Source: Ruditapes philippinarum (taxonomy: Eukaryota). From it: DNA of 64,000 bases. The translations under genes were made by a program, and so were the position numbers. The stretch spans positions 190,256-254,255 of the forward strand of contig NW_026852812.1 of assembly GCF_026571515.1 (NCBI RefSeq), given 5' to 3'. Within the stretch, counting starts at the first letter, position 1. Each line of letters starts with the position of its first letter. Shown piece by piece: positions 23,452 through 35,011 of the stretch. The notes beneath the pieces were generated by a model. That model searched no databases and had not been told where the DNA came from. It saw nothing but the letters and a program-made list of their open reading frames with translations.

Positions 23452-23705
23452 CTGAAAGAAGGGAAAATATGTTGTAGATAACTTCCAACATATATTCAAG
23501 CTAGGGCGATTCTGATAAAAGTTTGAGGCTTACATAAATGACTCCTGGGCAATTCCAGTACTGGTACAGTCATTATACTACATGTATGTACATGTACATG
23601 TAGTTTTTTTTGTTTTTTTTTGTTTATTTTTTTATACATATATTTCACAATTAAAAGCTTTACTCTCCTGAAACAAAATAAAGAAGCATCCAAAGCAACA
23701 CTGAC

Positions 23706-23830
23706 CTATGACCTTCATTGACATCCCACACGCTGACCGTGGCATCACAGGATGCACTACATAATTTATTACTGCCAACAAAACACACATCTGTTATTTT
23801 GTCTGCATGTCCTCGATAACTTCTTATCTC
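23706..23830 (-). CDS. TEP1: TEP1 exon, WD40 (EIRSYRGHADKITDVCFVGSNKLCSASCDATVSVWDVNEGH)
   Basis: Anchored on ORF 23660..23869. Acceptor ttgttgcag, donor AG|GTCAGT. Confidence 0.8.
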
Positions 23831-24532
23831 CTGCAACAAAAATAGGAATTGAGAAATTTCTAATTCCAAAATTTAACCTCTGAATGAATTACAGTTTGTT
23901 TGTTAGCTTTTCTGAAGGGGGGGGAGGTGATTTAAGTCACATGTACACTTTACAGGTCATAAACTGACTAAGATTCGAGCAATACTGGTTCCAGGAAGAC
24001 CTCAGGTTCTACTCCATGTAATTGTTATGATTCCAACTTGCACATAAGTTATTCTATCTATCTTCTGTTAGCTAACTTTTTGAATTTTCCTCACAAGAAA
24101 CAGTCAAGTTAAAGCTTCCAAAATAAACTTTTGATAAAAATAAATTAAAACTTGACGAAATTTTTCAAAACTGTTTTTGATCCTAATCTACTAAAACTAA
24201 AATTACAAATAAATATTTAAAATGTGACTTTAAAAACTAAACTTCAGTGCAATGGTGCTTTACACAGAGATGGTTAAAGCACTATTTGTTTCTACTACAA
24301 ATGGGGGTAAATTCTGTATCTGTTTATATAATAACCTAAAATCAACATCATAACAGTCTTTTGGAGTGACTGCATCCAAGGTTGTAAAGAATTTTTTAAT
24401 CTTAACGCAGATGCTCAAAGTATTCTGGATTGGTCGAAATTGGGAAAAACCCAAAACCTAAAACCTGTTAAAAAAAGGCTTAAATTTTTTTTATCCCATT
24501 TTTTAAGACTGTAATCACAAAACATGTTTAAC

Positions 24533-24628
24533 CTTTCCTGTATTCAGATCATACAGATGTACGAGACAATCCAATCCTCCACAAGCGAAGTACCTATTAT
24601 CCTGAGATACACTCACACAGGTCATTGG
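24533..24628 (-). CDS. TEP1: TEP1 exon, WD40 (PMTCVSVSQDNRYFACGGLDCLVHLYDLNTGK)
   Basis: Acceptor cattttag, donor AAAG|GTTAAA; phase 0 at both ends. Confidence 0.6.
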
Positions 24629-24896
24629 CTAAAATGAAAATAATTATTTTAATCTAAAGAAATTTTTTCATCATAGTAAGTTATTTCATAGTCAATTTTA
24701 AGTAACACTGTCACTTTTTCATTTGGTGAGTTTTCAGCATAACTAGTGCAAGAATTTCTCTAGTAGCACTTTTTTATTTTTCATACCAATGGGCACCTGA
24801 TTTTATCTATCACAGAAACATAAATAGAGAAATATCTACTGAGTAAGGCTTAATAACTTTCATAAAAAATATTTCTTCTAATCATTACAAAATTAC

Positions 24897-25077
24897 CTCG
24901 GGTAAATTTGATATAGTGAGGTAGCATGGATCAATGTTGACTGGTTTACTGTTCCACTCTATCAGTGACCTCTGACTTCTAGGAATATCAGCAGAAGACA
25001 GCACAGTCTGTATGTCCTTGGCTGGTGCCGAGGTTGAATTCTCATTGTAAGCTTGTTGCCATGTCAACGCTGGATGA
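24897..25077 (-). CDS. TEP1: TEP1 exon (HPALTWQQAYNENSTSAPAKDIQTVLSSADIPRSQRSLIEWNSKPVNIDPCYLTISNLPE)
   Basis: Anchored on ORF 24885..25067. Acceptor atttcag|T, donor GAG|GTAATT. Confidence 0.8.
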
Positions 25078-26199
25078 CTGAAATATTTTAAGTAAGAGAA
25101 CTATTGTACATCTGGTAATAACTTGGAATATGTAAAAACATGTATAACATATATACACAATTTTATCTATAGGTATTCAGACTGGAGTGGAAAATGAAAA
25201 AATTTGTAAAAAAGTTTTACACGTTAACCATTTTCACCCACTTGTCCAACTTTCAATATTGTGTTGTCCATTATAATGACTAATAAGATCAAAATAAAAT
25301 ATTTAAATTCATCTTAGTCTAGTTAGGCAAGATAAATACTGTAACCAAAATTTTTTCAAACACTGCTGTAAGAATCGTTTATTACCGATTCTAATTAAAA
25401 TATATAATATATATCTTACGTTAAGCGTTGTTTGGCGCCAACTTATTTAACGTTACGCGCTGAATAGTTAAGCGCGTCATTTTGACGTAATTGTTTGTTA
25501 TGAATTTAAAAGGTAACTTCCGTTATATGTAGCGGCGTTAAACGTTAAAGCTGAAACTGTATTTTAAAGGTTTCGATGTGAAAGACATTATAGTCGGTAT
25601 GATAGCTGCTTAAATTATTTTGATTTATTTATTTGTTAACGGATAAAAAGAATTTTCTAATGAAGTATTTATTAATTTTAATCAATTGTTACGATTATTT
25701 ATTTTATGGATTTTAACTGTACTTCTGTTTATTAAGATTCTTCGTCATAGGAAATAGTTATTTAATTATTCTATTCTATTATTTATTTGTTAAGTTTATA
25801 TCAGAAATGAATGTATTAGTTAATTACTTTATCATTTGTTTCAGAGAATCGCTTTGTTTTATGCTGATGTATGAAAATAAAAGTTATATAGAAGCGCATA
25901 CTCGAAAAGTCTAGTTGTTATCCGAAATCCTTTACAACTGCATATAAAAGTTAGAAGAATTTTATGTATGTTTGTTTGTTTTAAAGCATTCATGAACAGT
26001 TTGGTGGTTTTTTTTCATCGATTAAGCACTGAAAAACATGATTATCATAAGAGGTAAATTTAGATATAAGGACTCTAGTTTAAATAATTAAGATATTGTG
26101 GTCAAGGGATTTATACAGTCATTGATCTACTGATTTATGTGAAGCATGAAAAGAAACAACAGTAACATTGTAGGAGAGTGAGTATTTACTCTTAGCCTG

Positions 26200-26396
26200 C
26201 AGTCGGCAACAGATTCTATCCCTGCCACCAGTACAGACCAAGATTAATTGGCCAAAATGTGTCGTCTTCACTGTTTTCTATTCAGATAGTATATAATTTT
26301 TCCCTAAAAATGATAAATGGTTTTGTCCAGATTGAAAGAAAGACAAGTCCATTTAAGATATTTAGCAAAGTTAGAGTAAAAAAAACCATCATTTAC
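26200..26396 (+). repeat. Interspersed repeat family B copy, ending at the TEP1 exon donor at 26396/26397
   Basis: Core ttccctaaaaatgataaatggttttgtccagattgaaagaaagacaagtccatttaagatattt lies about 108 nt from the donor. Confidence 0.7.
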
Positions 26397-26502
26397 CTTG
26401 AGAGTATATGTAGACTTCTAGAGACAAATGATTTATATTCCTTCACTGTAGATTTATCAAAGAACTTCATCTGCTCACGCTCCTGTGTCTTGTTACTTAC
26501 GT
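26397..26502 (-). CDS. TEP1: TEP1 exon (VSNKTQEREQMKFFDKSTVKEYKSFVSRSLHILS)
   Basis: Acceptor ttctgcag|AC, donor CAAG|GTAAAT. Resembles human FRTFLRQQASILSQYPRLL. Confidence 0.6.
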
Positions 26503-26979
26503 CTGCAGAAAAAAAGATGCATGTTCTTCATTACAAGATGCCAAACATGAAAAAAACTAAGAAAACAAACAGTATTCAATTGCAAAAAAAAACAAAAAAA
26601 AACACATAACATATTGTTTGTAAAATGTCAAAAGAAGGTTGAAAGTAAAGGAAATATTTAGAAAAAACTATTCAGTATGTAGATTTCTATAAACAAATGT
26701 TTGAGCAAAATAATTTTTTTTTCAATTCAAGTTCATCAACTTGTGCATTTTTTTTTCCATTCAAATAAACATGTAATGTTCACATTCCCAGCTTTAAAAT
26801 TTCCCCTGTGTCTGCATTTTTACGTCAGTTCACCCTTTTGTAAGTAATGACTCTCAATGGGTCAATTAATTGAATATCATATGTCAAACTAGAACCCCTA
26901 ACTGCAGAAGTGTTTAATAAGTCAGTGACCCCCAATCCGTCAACCACAGAGTAAGTAAACATTTGAGTTCATGAATTAC

Positions 26980-27094
26980 CTAATGGTTGATAGTCCTCTA
27001 TCAGTTCAGCTGTCAATCCCAGCATGCTCTTGTTGTAAATGAACTTAAGGTTGCAGACAACATCTTCAAGGTCACTGTAACTTCCACATTTGTT
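26980..27094 (-). CDS. TEP1: TEP1 exon (NKCGSYSDLEDVVCNLKFIYNKSMLGLTAELIEDYQPL)
   Basis: Acceptor aaaaacag (weak pyrimidine tract), donor TTAG|GTAATT. Resembles human FLTNLHVVAAHLELGLVSRLLEAHALY. Confidence 0.6.
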
Positions 27095-27244
27095 CTGTTT
27101 TTACATAGGAGGATTTTTATGAAGCATTATAAATATTTATTATCAGATTTACATGTATTCATCATTATTTTATTTGATTATCAGAATTACCTGAATTGTA
27201 TAGACATGTATAAAAAATATTGTTAAAAATGAAAGGAAGGAACC

Positions 27245-27420
27245 ATATTTCTTAGCCGTGGGTCATATTTGAGTGACAGGATGTCATATTTGAGCGACAT
27301 GGTGTCATATTTGAGTGACAAGATGTCATATTTGAGCGACAGGGTGTCATATTTTAGAGGCAGGGGTTATATTTGAGGGGCACCGGTTATATTTGAGGGG
27401 CAGAGTTCAAATTTTAGCAA
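27245..27420. repeat. Minisatellite, about 22-bp unit x about 8 (gtcatatttgagtgacaggat)
   Basis: Tandem units with variants gagcgacatggt, gaggggcac. Confidence 0.8.
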
Positions 27421-27447
27421 GGAAAAGAAATTTTTATTTTTTCTTAC

Positions 27448-27536
27448 CAAATGATAAGGCAGTTCATGGAAGGCTCTGATTGATTTTCCAGTAAAACTAC
27501 CATTTCTATCTGGGTCTGCAAGACTGTAGAAATAAC
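27448..27536 (-). CDS. TEP1: TEP1 exon (YFYSLADPDRNGSFTGKSIRAFHELPYHL)
   Basis: Anchored on ORF 27367..27564. Acceptor ttttttcag|GT, donor TTG|GTAAGA. Resembles human EALGDLPYHLLQSG. Confidence 0.8.
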
Positions 27537-28703
27537 CTGAAAAAATACAATAATAATACCCCACTTGTAATTTTATGTAATTCTTATGTATTGAACACCA
27601 TCATTCCAATATTCTTACTGCTATTCTCAACTATAAAATATTTGATTTACATCTGAAATGCATATCATTTAAATCAATTTATAAAATACCACTGTTGTAA
27701 TGAGTTCATATTTCAAATTTAACCCACTTATTTTGATACAACATACCTGCCCAGCTCGCTGTTAAATTGAGGGGGTTTGGATATCATATATGAATCTTAC
27801 ACCGGCTGCCGGTACAGACCAGAATATCTAGCTCCAGGGTAACTGTTTACAGCGGTAACGAGGCTCTGCCGAGTTTTAGCTTAACAGTTACCCGAGAGCT
27901 AGATATTCGCGTCTATATCGACAGCCAGTGTTTGATTCTTTTTCTTGCATATTACATATCATTTTTTTTCAGAACAGAAATTATGAAAACTGATATTCTC
28001 ATTACGCACATTTTTCCTATATTAGCGTATAAACGTACAACTTCATTCATAACGGTTAATTGACATCATCCTAAGAACGCAATTCATTCATAAAAGGCGC
28101 ACAGCAATGACGTCATTTAAAGCCAGGGTTTTCTAGCACCGGTGTAAACGGTAGATAATCCTGTCTGATATGCAAGAAAAATTAAGCACACACAATCCAG
28201 CAAACATGGGTAAGCCTACATGGTTCATCTTCTCACACTTTTATATCTAACATTTACTAGTATATAAAATTGTTTCAGAGGCAAACTGACAAAGAAGATT
28301 TTTTATTTCTGAGGTGAGACAGTATGGAATATGTCTACATACTACATGTCAAAATGGCTTTTTACTTATATGTGAACTCTCCCATGTTTTAGCGGGAGAC
28401 TCCCACTTTCTGCAGCCATATTTTCAAAGATTTTTCTTAAAATAAGGGGTATTTTCACAAATTAAAGAAATCTCCCTATTTTTGTTGTCAAAACTTCCTT
28501 TTTTGTTTATTGCAAATTCTAAAATCTCCCTCTTTTTTAAGAAAAATCTCCCACTTGATCATCAAAAAAAGTTCACATGTATGCTTTTTATCATAAGATT
28601 AATCAACACTTCCTCATTTATTCTGACACCACACAGGTAAGATTAAAATACCTGAAAGATTTTTATATAAGACACTGCATATTGACAGAAACTGTACACT
28701 GAC

Positions 28704-28816
28704 CTGCCAGCAGACGGTGATAATATTGTTCCGTATCCATGGAACCAGCAGCCTTCAAATACCTCTGTCTCACTGCCTGTACTATGTCAACATGGGACAA
28801 ACTTAATCTACTAGTC
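28704..28816 (-). CDS. TEP1: TEP1 exon (TSRLSLSHVDIVQAVRQRYLKAAGSMDTEQYYHRLLA)
   Basis: Anchored on ORF 28663..28866. Acceptor ttacag|G, donor GCAG|GTCAGT. Phases fit both neighbours. Confidence 0.75.
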
Positions 28817-29279
28817 CTGTAATAAATTATTATAAAATCTGATTTATACCACTCAGAGAAAGGCACAAAAACATGATATATCTATAATAATGAACATCAA
28901 GTTATTTCACAGAGCATTACAGTGCTTATTGGACAAGAAAACTGCTGGCCAAACCATATTGGATAAGACACCAAGCAAGTCTTCTTGTATGGCTTTTCAA
29001 TTAGGTACACATTTCAAATATGAAAAATACAGTATAGTTATAAAACTACATGATATTCTTTATCTGATTATTATTTATGGATTGGAATAATCAATATTAA
29101 CAATTCATAACTTTACATATCAATTTAATTATTTCAAGCTTATTTCAGATCTTGATGCCAGCATAGCATGTACCACTTATTTAATGTAATCAATAATAAT
29201 AATAAACATAAAATAACATTATAAGGAACAAAGTCGAGACTAGAAACAATTTTATGACTAGAAATAAAATGTATTGGAA

Positions 29280-29993
29280 TGTTTGGCCGCATCTAAGTAT
29301 GTCATCCTCGTCTTTGAATTTTGGGGAATAAATTTTTGTTAAAATTTATTGTGGCGGAAAATTCTGGCAGCCGAGAACCAGTCATGTTTATGTATAAATT
29401 TTTCAAAACCGTTTCTCTCGATGGCCTCTATGGTACATCCTTCGGGAAAATCGGTTCGTAAACTATTTACGCTTAAGTCTGTAGTCTGGTATGATATTTT
29501 CATCTTATTAGATCGGGTCTTGTTTCGACAGAATTTCCTCTATAAGCTGGAATTACTAGATTACATTAATTTCAAAATCTGGAATTTTTTTATACGAGTC
29601 CTGGGTTTGCTCAAAGGCTTGCGCTATGCTCGGTATTCCCAGGTGGTCTCTTTGGCATTTTTTAAGTAACTGAGTATTTGTTGAAAGTTGCTCCCATTTA
29701 TTACCGCATTTAACGCATTGGGCACCCTCGCATATTCAATTATAGGGCAGTCTTGGCACACATATGCCAGAAGTTATCGCATTTACGCATCTTGGCACCT
29801 TGCATAGGGTAATTACGCAAATCTTTGGCACGCAATATGCCGAAGCAGGCACATCTGTCCTTAAATGCTCAGTAACTTTCGCATGTAAAATTTCGCATTT
29901 AACTGGTTTATTCGGTTGCTGGAATTTTCCTTGTTATGCTAGGGACATTTAGTTGTCATATCCTAGCATGACATACTTAGATGCGGCCAAACA
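29280..29993. mobile_element. MITE-like element (about 714 bp) with perfect 26-bp TIRs
   Basis: tgtttggccgcatctaagtatgtcat at 29280-29305 and its exact reverse complement at 29968-29993. No clear TSD. ORFs 29349..29669 and 29764..29952 lie inside. Confidence 0.7.
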
Positions 29994-30407
29994 GTATTAT
30001 TATTTTTCACATTTTATGAGTCAGTGTTATAGCAAATCATTTCTAATGCTTTAAATGAAAGCCTGACACCATTTTTTGTTAAAAAAAACAACACTAAATT
30101 CTTTTGGTGCCTAAGATAGGTAAGTATGGCCTACTTTAACTCACTAGTGTTGGAGCAGTACCTATAGACACTTGCAGAAATCATGAGTTAAAGCAGGAAA
30201 ATATAGCTATTCTCAATGGTTTTTACTAAGTCAAGGGCAATAACTCTACAAATACTGGATAAATCAACAAGCAATGAATTAGATGCTTTAAAGTTCATTC
30301 CGTTGGGTAAAAAGGCGAGATTTTAGCATATAATCATTCAAGCACCATGTCCGGTATCTAATTTGGTGCTCCAACACTTTTTTTTAGTCTCACTCATAAG
30401 ACATACC

Positions 30408-30587
30408 CTGAATCTAGCTGATCATTCAGGAATCCCTGTAAGGCCCTCTGTAACTGAGCATACACAGCAGACGGCACACATTCTTCGGGATTTGGCTTCA
30501 TGTTTTTAATCTCCTTCACATTTGGCCTTTCATTTCCCAAAATTCCATCCAAGTTCAAGAGGTCATGAAGTTCAACTTGTTCCAGAC
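30408..30587 (-). CDS. TEP1: TEP1 exon (LEQVELHDLLNLDGILGNERPNVKEIKNMKPNPEECVPSAVYAQLQRALQGFLNDQLDS)
   Basis: Acceptor tatacag|GT, donor CAGG|GTATGT. Resembles human LTVDQLHGVLSV...PFACLVQSLRSLLGEG. Coordinates +/-2. Confidence 0.65.
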
Positions 30588-30954
30588 CTGTATATAAGGC
30601 AAAGAGGCTGTTTTAGAAATAGGTCAAATTTTATGACTCTCAAATATTCATTCCTGTCATATGTCAGAGATTAAAATACATACAAAGTAAAGTACATAAT
30701 CAGCTTGCAAGTAAAAATGTTATTTGACGAGCATAGGTATCCTTATTGAATTTCCAAAATATTTGTGGTTGTGGTTGAAGTCTTTTGATTTGATTTCTTT
30801 TACAAAAAATTAATGTTATCTAACATGAGACAATTTAAGAAGTTTATTTACAGCATTTAATCTATATAAATCAGCTATATTCCAGTCCCTGTAGCTCAGA
30901 CATTTTATTTGAGAGGAAAAAGTAGAATCCTGCAGTGAACAAACAATGAATTAC

Positions 30955-31087
30955 CATCTCTAGCACAAACAAGCAAGGTCAAGGCTGCAGTTACAATGTC
31001 TTTCCCAAGGTCAGACTCCATCCGTGACATCACTTCCTGTAGAAGTGTGGGTACTGTCTGTGGCAAGGACTTTAACTTCAGAGTCAT
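30955..31087 (-). CDS. TEP1: TEP1 exon (MTLKLKSLPQTVPTLLQEVMSRMESDLGKDIVTAALTLLVCARD)
   Basis: Anchored on ORF 30905..31105. Acceptor tttttcag, donor G|GTAATT. Resembles human ERLRTLPATVPLLLQHILSTLEKEHGPDVLPQALTALEVTRSG. Confidence 0.85.
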
Positions 31088-31432
31088 CTGAAAAACAAAA
31101 CACAACTTATTGTTAATGTGTTTATTACATCTTTATTTTAAACAATAAATTTGGTATGTTTGTTTTTTTATAACATGCTGATCACTTACAAAATATTCAA
31201 AGATTTCAATAAAGAGGACCTTTAAATGTCATTTCTCATATCTAGTCTAAAAAACAGTACTAAAATCACTAAATAATCAGATACCAAAATTAGGATAAAT
31301 GAACGTCCAAAAATCTAATATTCAAATACATTCAATTACATTAAATTAGATATAAGACTTTTGTTCCCATTCAAAATGTATAAGCATGTGTTATTCATCT
31401 TCATGTAACAATATATAGAAAATGTGTTTTAC

Positions 31433-31525
31433 CTTTTCAAATAGACCATACACTCTGAGTTCCTCACAAGCTAGACTCAAATACAGGGGAACATTTGCTT
31501 CTTTCTTCGACACCAACAGCTTCAT
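31433..31525 (-). CDS. TEP1: TEP1 NACHT exon (MKLLVSKKEANVPLYLSLACEELRVYGLFEK)
   Basis: Acceptor tttttag, donor AAG|GTAAAA; phase 0 at both ends. Resembles human MRLLLVKRESGRPLYLRLVTDHLRLF. Confidence 0.6.
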
Positions 31526-32699
31526 CTAAAAAAAAACAAAGAACATTTCAAATCTGAAGAATATTTGCTATCACAACAACATGAAGGTCAAAGAAATTGT
31601 AATGAATTTTAAGAAGTCTTTAGATGATTTAGGAGACATGGTTAGGTGGTTTAAATGCAGACTTAAAATGTTTTTTTTGTCCTTATAGGTTTGAATCCTG
31701 CCAAAATTCAAAACCATCATAAATACATAGCTATGAAGAACAATTCTATATGAAAGTTTGGCCAAACTTATTCAAATCTTAATCTCACTATTATAATTAT
31801 ATTTAAGTGATTCATTACTTTACTTAAGGAGGGCTAACTGGCTACAAAAGTACTTGTTATGCGAGATATTTAAACATTTAAACATGTACCTGGTTATTAA
31901 AAGGTGTTTATCTAATCTTGCTATGACAGCTGATACCTTCACCACTTCCCCCAAAATAAATCCAGCCCCTTCTCAGTACCTCTGGCCCCTGTCGTTTTTT
32001 AGCGACAGGTAAATTTTCCTTTGTCTCGACATGTACAACAAAAATACTTCTGAAAATATAAAAAGAGAAATCAAATTTTATACAATACAATGGATAAATC
32101 ATTTTTTCTAAATCAGATAAAAAGGCGCATTGTTCCCATTTTTTTTTAATGAAAATTCAAATTTGAAAATGAAGGTCAAGGTCAAAAACATAAATAAAAT
32201 AAGGGGGCATTTCTTTTTTTGATAAATCTATAGAAAAAAAATTCAATCAAATCTTTATGTTTTTACAACTTTTTTGACAACAATTAAAAAGAAAGAAAGA
32301 AATGGTACGTTCTAGGGTTTAAAATTTAAAACAACAAAAACAATACCTTTTGGTACATTTTCTGGTAAACCCGTCTAAATTATGAGGTAAAAGAGCTGGT
32401 TCCATGTTGTTAAACCATCTATAAACAAAACAAGGGGGGCCACAAATATGAGGCTGACTCTTGCAGTTTCAAAATTTTACAACCCAAGTTTTTTGAAACA
32501 ACAAAACACACAGCAAAAATAAAATCCCAATTAAAAACCTAAAAGGGGAAACTAATAATACTTCCCATTCTTGAACTAATCTGAACAGGTTTAGTTTTTA
32601 GCAATTTTTTTAAGTCATATGGAATCTTACCATCTTTAATGGTGGTGTAAGACCTTTGATGCCAATCCATGCAATTATCAAGGAACAAAAAGATTTAAA

Positions 32700-32900
32700 A
32701 GTGAGCGGTGGCCTAGTGGTTAAGGTGTCTGCCTCTCAACCCAGGGATCATGGGTTTGAGCCCTACTCAGGTCACGATCATGTTTCCTCATATGACATCA
32801 GTACTGGTTGGTTCCCAGGAGCAAACTCAGAAGTGATTAATATAAGATGCAAGAACTTGTTTCGCAATCAAGCTTTTATAATTAATATGTTTAAACTAAA
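32700..32900 (+). mobile_element. tRNA-derived SINE (head gtgagcggtggcctagtggttaaggtgtctgcc...gggtttgagccc)
   Basis: Same family as 7648-7830. ORF 32656..32904 is an artefact. Confidence 0.75.
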
Positions 32901-33011
32901 CTAACACATAACTGTATGGGGCAAATAACTTGGATCATGAACCCCTTAAGTGTTACATGTATTTGGAAATCAAGTGGATAGCAATTATATTCCTTGTAAC
33001 TGTTATTCAAC

Positions 33012-33164
33012 AGTTATTCTACAAAGTACCATGACATAATTAGTCCAAGAAAATAATTTTGAATGAAAAAATAATCTGCAAGAAAATCTTACTTCATATC
33101 TTCTGGTACTTCCATATTCAGACTGAACCCTTTCATTTAATTCAGGGACAAACGTTTTTTGCGG
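33012..33164 (-). CDS. TEP1: TEP1 NACHT exon (PQKTFVPELNERVQSEYGSTRRYEVRFSCRLFFHSKLFSWTNYVMVLCRIT); 3' boundary uncertain
   Basis: Acceptor attgtag|CCG in phase 0. Continuous open frame to TAA at 33003. LFFHSKLFSW..VLCRIT resembles human LVFFHFSGARPD..LLRRLCTYL. Donor (ACT|GTTGAA) is a guess. Confidence 0.45.
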
Positions 33165-33469
33165 CTACAATATTTTTTAACCCGGGGGGCAGCCCAACGA
33201 AAAGGGGAGTTTGAAAGAGCATTACCTTTTGTGCTGCCGGTAGTCGTTTTAAACTTGCCTAAAATATATACATGAATATAGGATGTTTTTCATATACTTA
33301 AATTAATTCTAACATGACACAAATTTTCCCCTTTTTAAAAAAAAGAAGGATAAAGTGTGTGTAACAATGTTTGGCAATTTTTTTTGAAAAATTAAATAAA
33401 CCCATGAGACTGAAATTAAGAAAGAAAAAATTAGGCATTTTATTTAATCTGTACGTCAGGGATTTTTTT

Positions 33470-33637
33470 TCAGCCACGTCCCAAAAACCAACGAAATGCG
33501 TTTTCGACCACATGATCCAGACCAGCCTGCCATCGCGCGTTGATCAGGGGTCCAAAGCTGTTCGCTATCAGTTTCTCTACTTGTAATAGGGTTTGTAAGC
33601 GAAACGCATTATGTTGGTTTTGTCGTGTCGCAGCTCA
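33470..33637. mobile_element. Hairpin-forming MITE (family A), internally deleted copy in a TEP1 intron
   Basis: Both termini and the central loop (tgctatcagtttctctacttgtaatagggtttgtaagcgaa) are present. The arms are shortened. Confidence 0.7.
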
Positions 33638-34057
33638 TTTGTAGATCATGCGTTAGAATAGAAATAATATATCCCAAGCAGTGATTTAATGGTTTAAGAC
33701 CATCATGTTTGTTGTTCAGATGCACAGTATTACACATATATCACTCCTGATATAATTCAGAACTCCAAACAAAGATTTTATTTAGTGATAAAATCACTGT
33801 TGGTTATATATTTATTCTTAAATAAGCTGTAAAATTACTCTGTGACAGAGGCTCTACAACAAACCGTCACCATGGAAAAAGAGAAAATATCATGTGAATG
33901 TTACCATTTATTACAAGAAATTTTTATTTGAAATATTTCTTCACATACACACAAGTTTGATTACTGAAAAAAATCTGGTAGCAGCTCACAAAAATTGTGC
34001 TTTTTAAATGATAAATAATGAAAACCAAAACTATTGAGTAAACAAATATGGTCTTAC

Positions 34058-34240
34058 AAGTAAAGCAGATTTGCCAGTTCCAGGTTTACCAGCAAGGGCA
34101 ATAACTCCTGATGGCATGTCTGACATCATTTTCACACATTCCTTCCTCAGTTTAGAACGTCCAACAAACACTTTCCTTAATCTTTCAACAAAAGCACTGT
34201 GCAGTTTATTTGTATGACTCGTCTCATCCATCATGGCATC
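34058..34240 (-). CDS. TEP1: TEP1 exon, NACHT Walker A (…VGRSKLRKECVKMMSDMPSGVIALAGKPGTGKSALL)
   Basis: Anchored on ORF 34031..34234. Acceptor ttattag, donor CTT|GTAAGA. P-loop GKPGTGKS resembles human LVTGQSGQGKTAFL. Confidence 0.85.
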
Positions 34241-34739
34241 CTAATAACAAATGGCAAAATAATCTTTAAACCAAAGTTAAGATGAATGTAATCTTCAACT
34301 CAAAGCAAAAATTCAGAAAATCTGATGAGATAAAAATTACCTTAAACCAAAGTGAAAATGTATAATAAAGATAATCCTAAATCCAAAGAACAATTCATGA
34401 AAATGGTTTAACAATAATATCAATATCTTTCAATCACTGGCATACTCTTTAAGACAAAGTTGACCACTGAAGAAAACAATAGGTTTGGTACATTATCCTA
34501 AAAACAAAGTAAACTGTAGTTTGATTATATGCCATAAAGAGTCTTTTATTTAAATAAAGCTACCGGGGTATCAAGTTTGAAAAAATGACCACATGTCCTA
34601 TTCATTTTCAGACATGCCATATACATCCAACAACCTTCATATCTTGAAAAATTTTAAAAATCTCTAACAAGACTTGAACACACAGGGGTGAGACAAATCT
34701 GCACTGTTTCTTTTTCATTCACTAGAAGTACATATCTTG

Positions 34740-34890
34740 AAATTTTCCCTAAAAATGGTGAATGGTTTTGTCCAGAATGAAAGATGGACAAGTCCATTTT
34801 ATATTAAGTGTAGAAAGGGTTAAATAGGGCATACTCATTAGGCTAGAAATGCCTAGAATTTTTATGTTTTATGCATAAAATCATATTTAC
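34740..34890 (+). repeat. Interspersed repeat family B core copy, ending at the TEP1 exon donor at 34890/34891
   Basis: Core ttccctaaaaatggtgaatggttttgtccagaatgaaagatggacaagtccatttta lies about 145 nt from the donor. Confidence 0.65.
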
Positions 34891-35011
34891 CTCATCTGGG
34901 AAGCACTTTTGTATTCCATTCCAAAGATTGTTCAAGGCTCGTACTCCAAACTGCTCCAGTCCTGAGACAATAGGTTTCCCGTCTACTACCCCTCCCCACT
35001 GACATGGATAG
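34891..35011 (-). CDS. TEP1: TEP1 exon (YPCQWGGVVDGKPIVSGLEQFGVRALNNLWNGIQKCFPDE)
   Basis: Anchored on ORF 34843..35082. Acceptor ttttttcag|C, donor GAG|GTAAAT. Matches human [36 protein letters not shown]. Confidence 0.85.

Noticed and set aside
23317-23499. ORF-track entry ..QVVFPQGSPEASELVLVRQIRYSGSYGILGLYDQSLGHEERQYDL
   Set aside because: It is the wrong frame of a real exon. The splice-consistent frame gives a canonical WD40 blade (GHQRRVNSCSSDKSGTVVATASWDCTIKVWD).
25370-25560. Unusual CG-containing block (aacgttaagcgttgtttggcgccaac..taacgttacgcgc..ttaagcgcgtca) in an intron
   Set aside because: It has short internal palindromes (aacgtt, gcgcgc) but no repeat partner, ORF or RNA-gene signature I could support. 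It is noted only as an odd compositional island.
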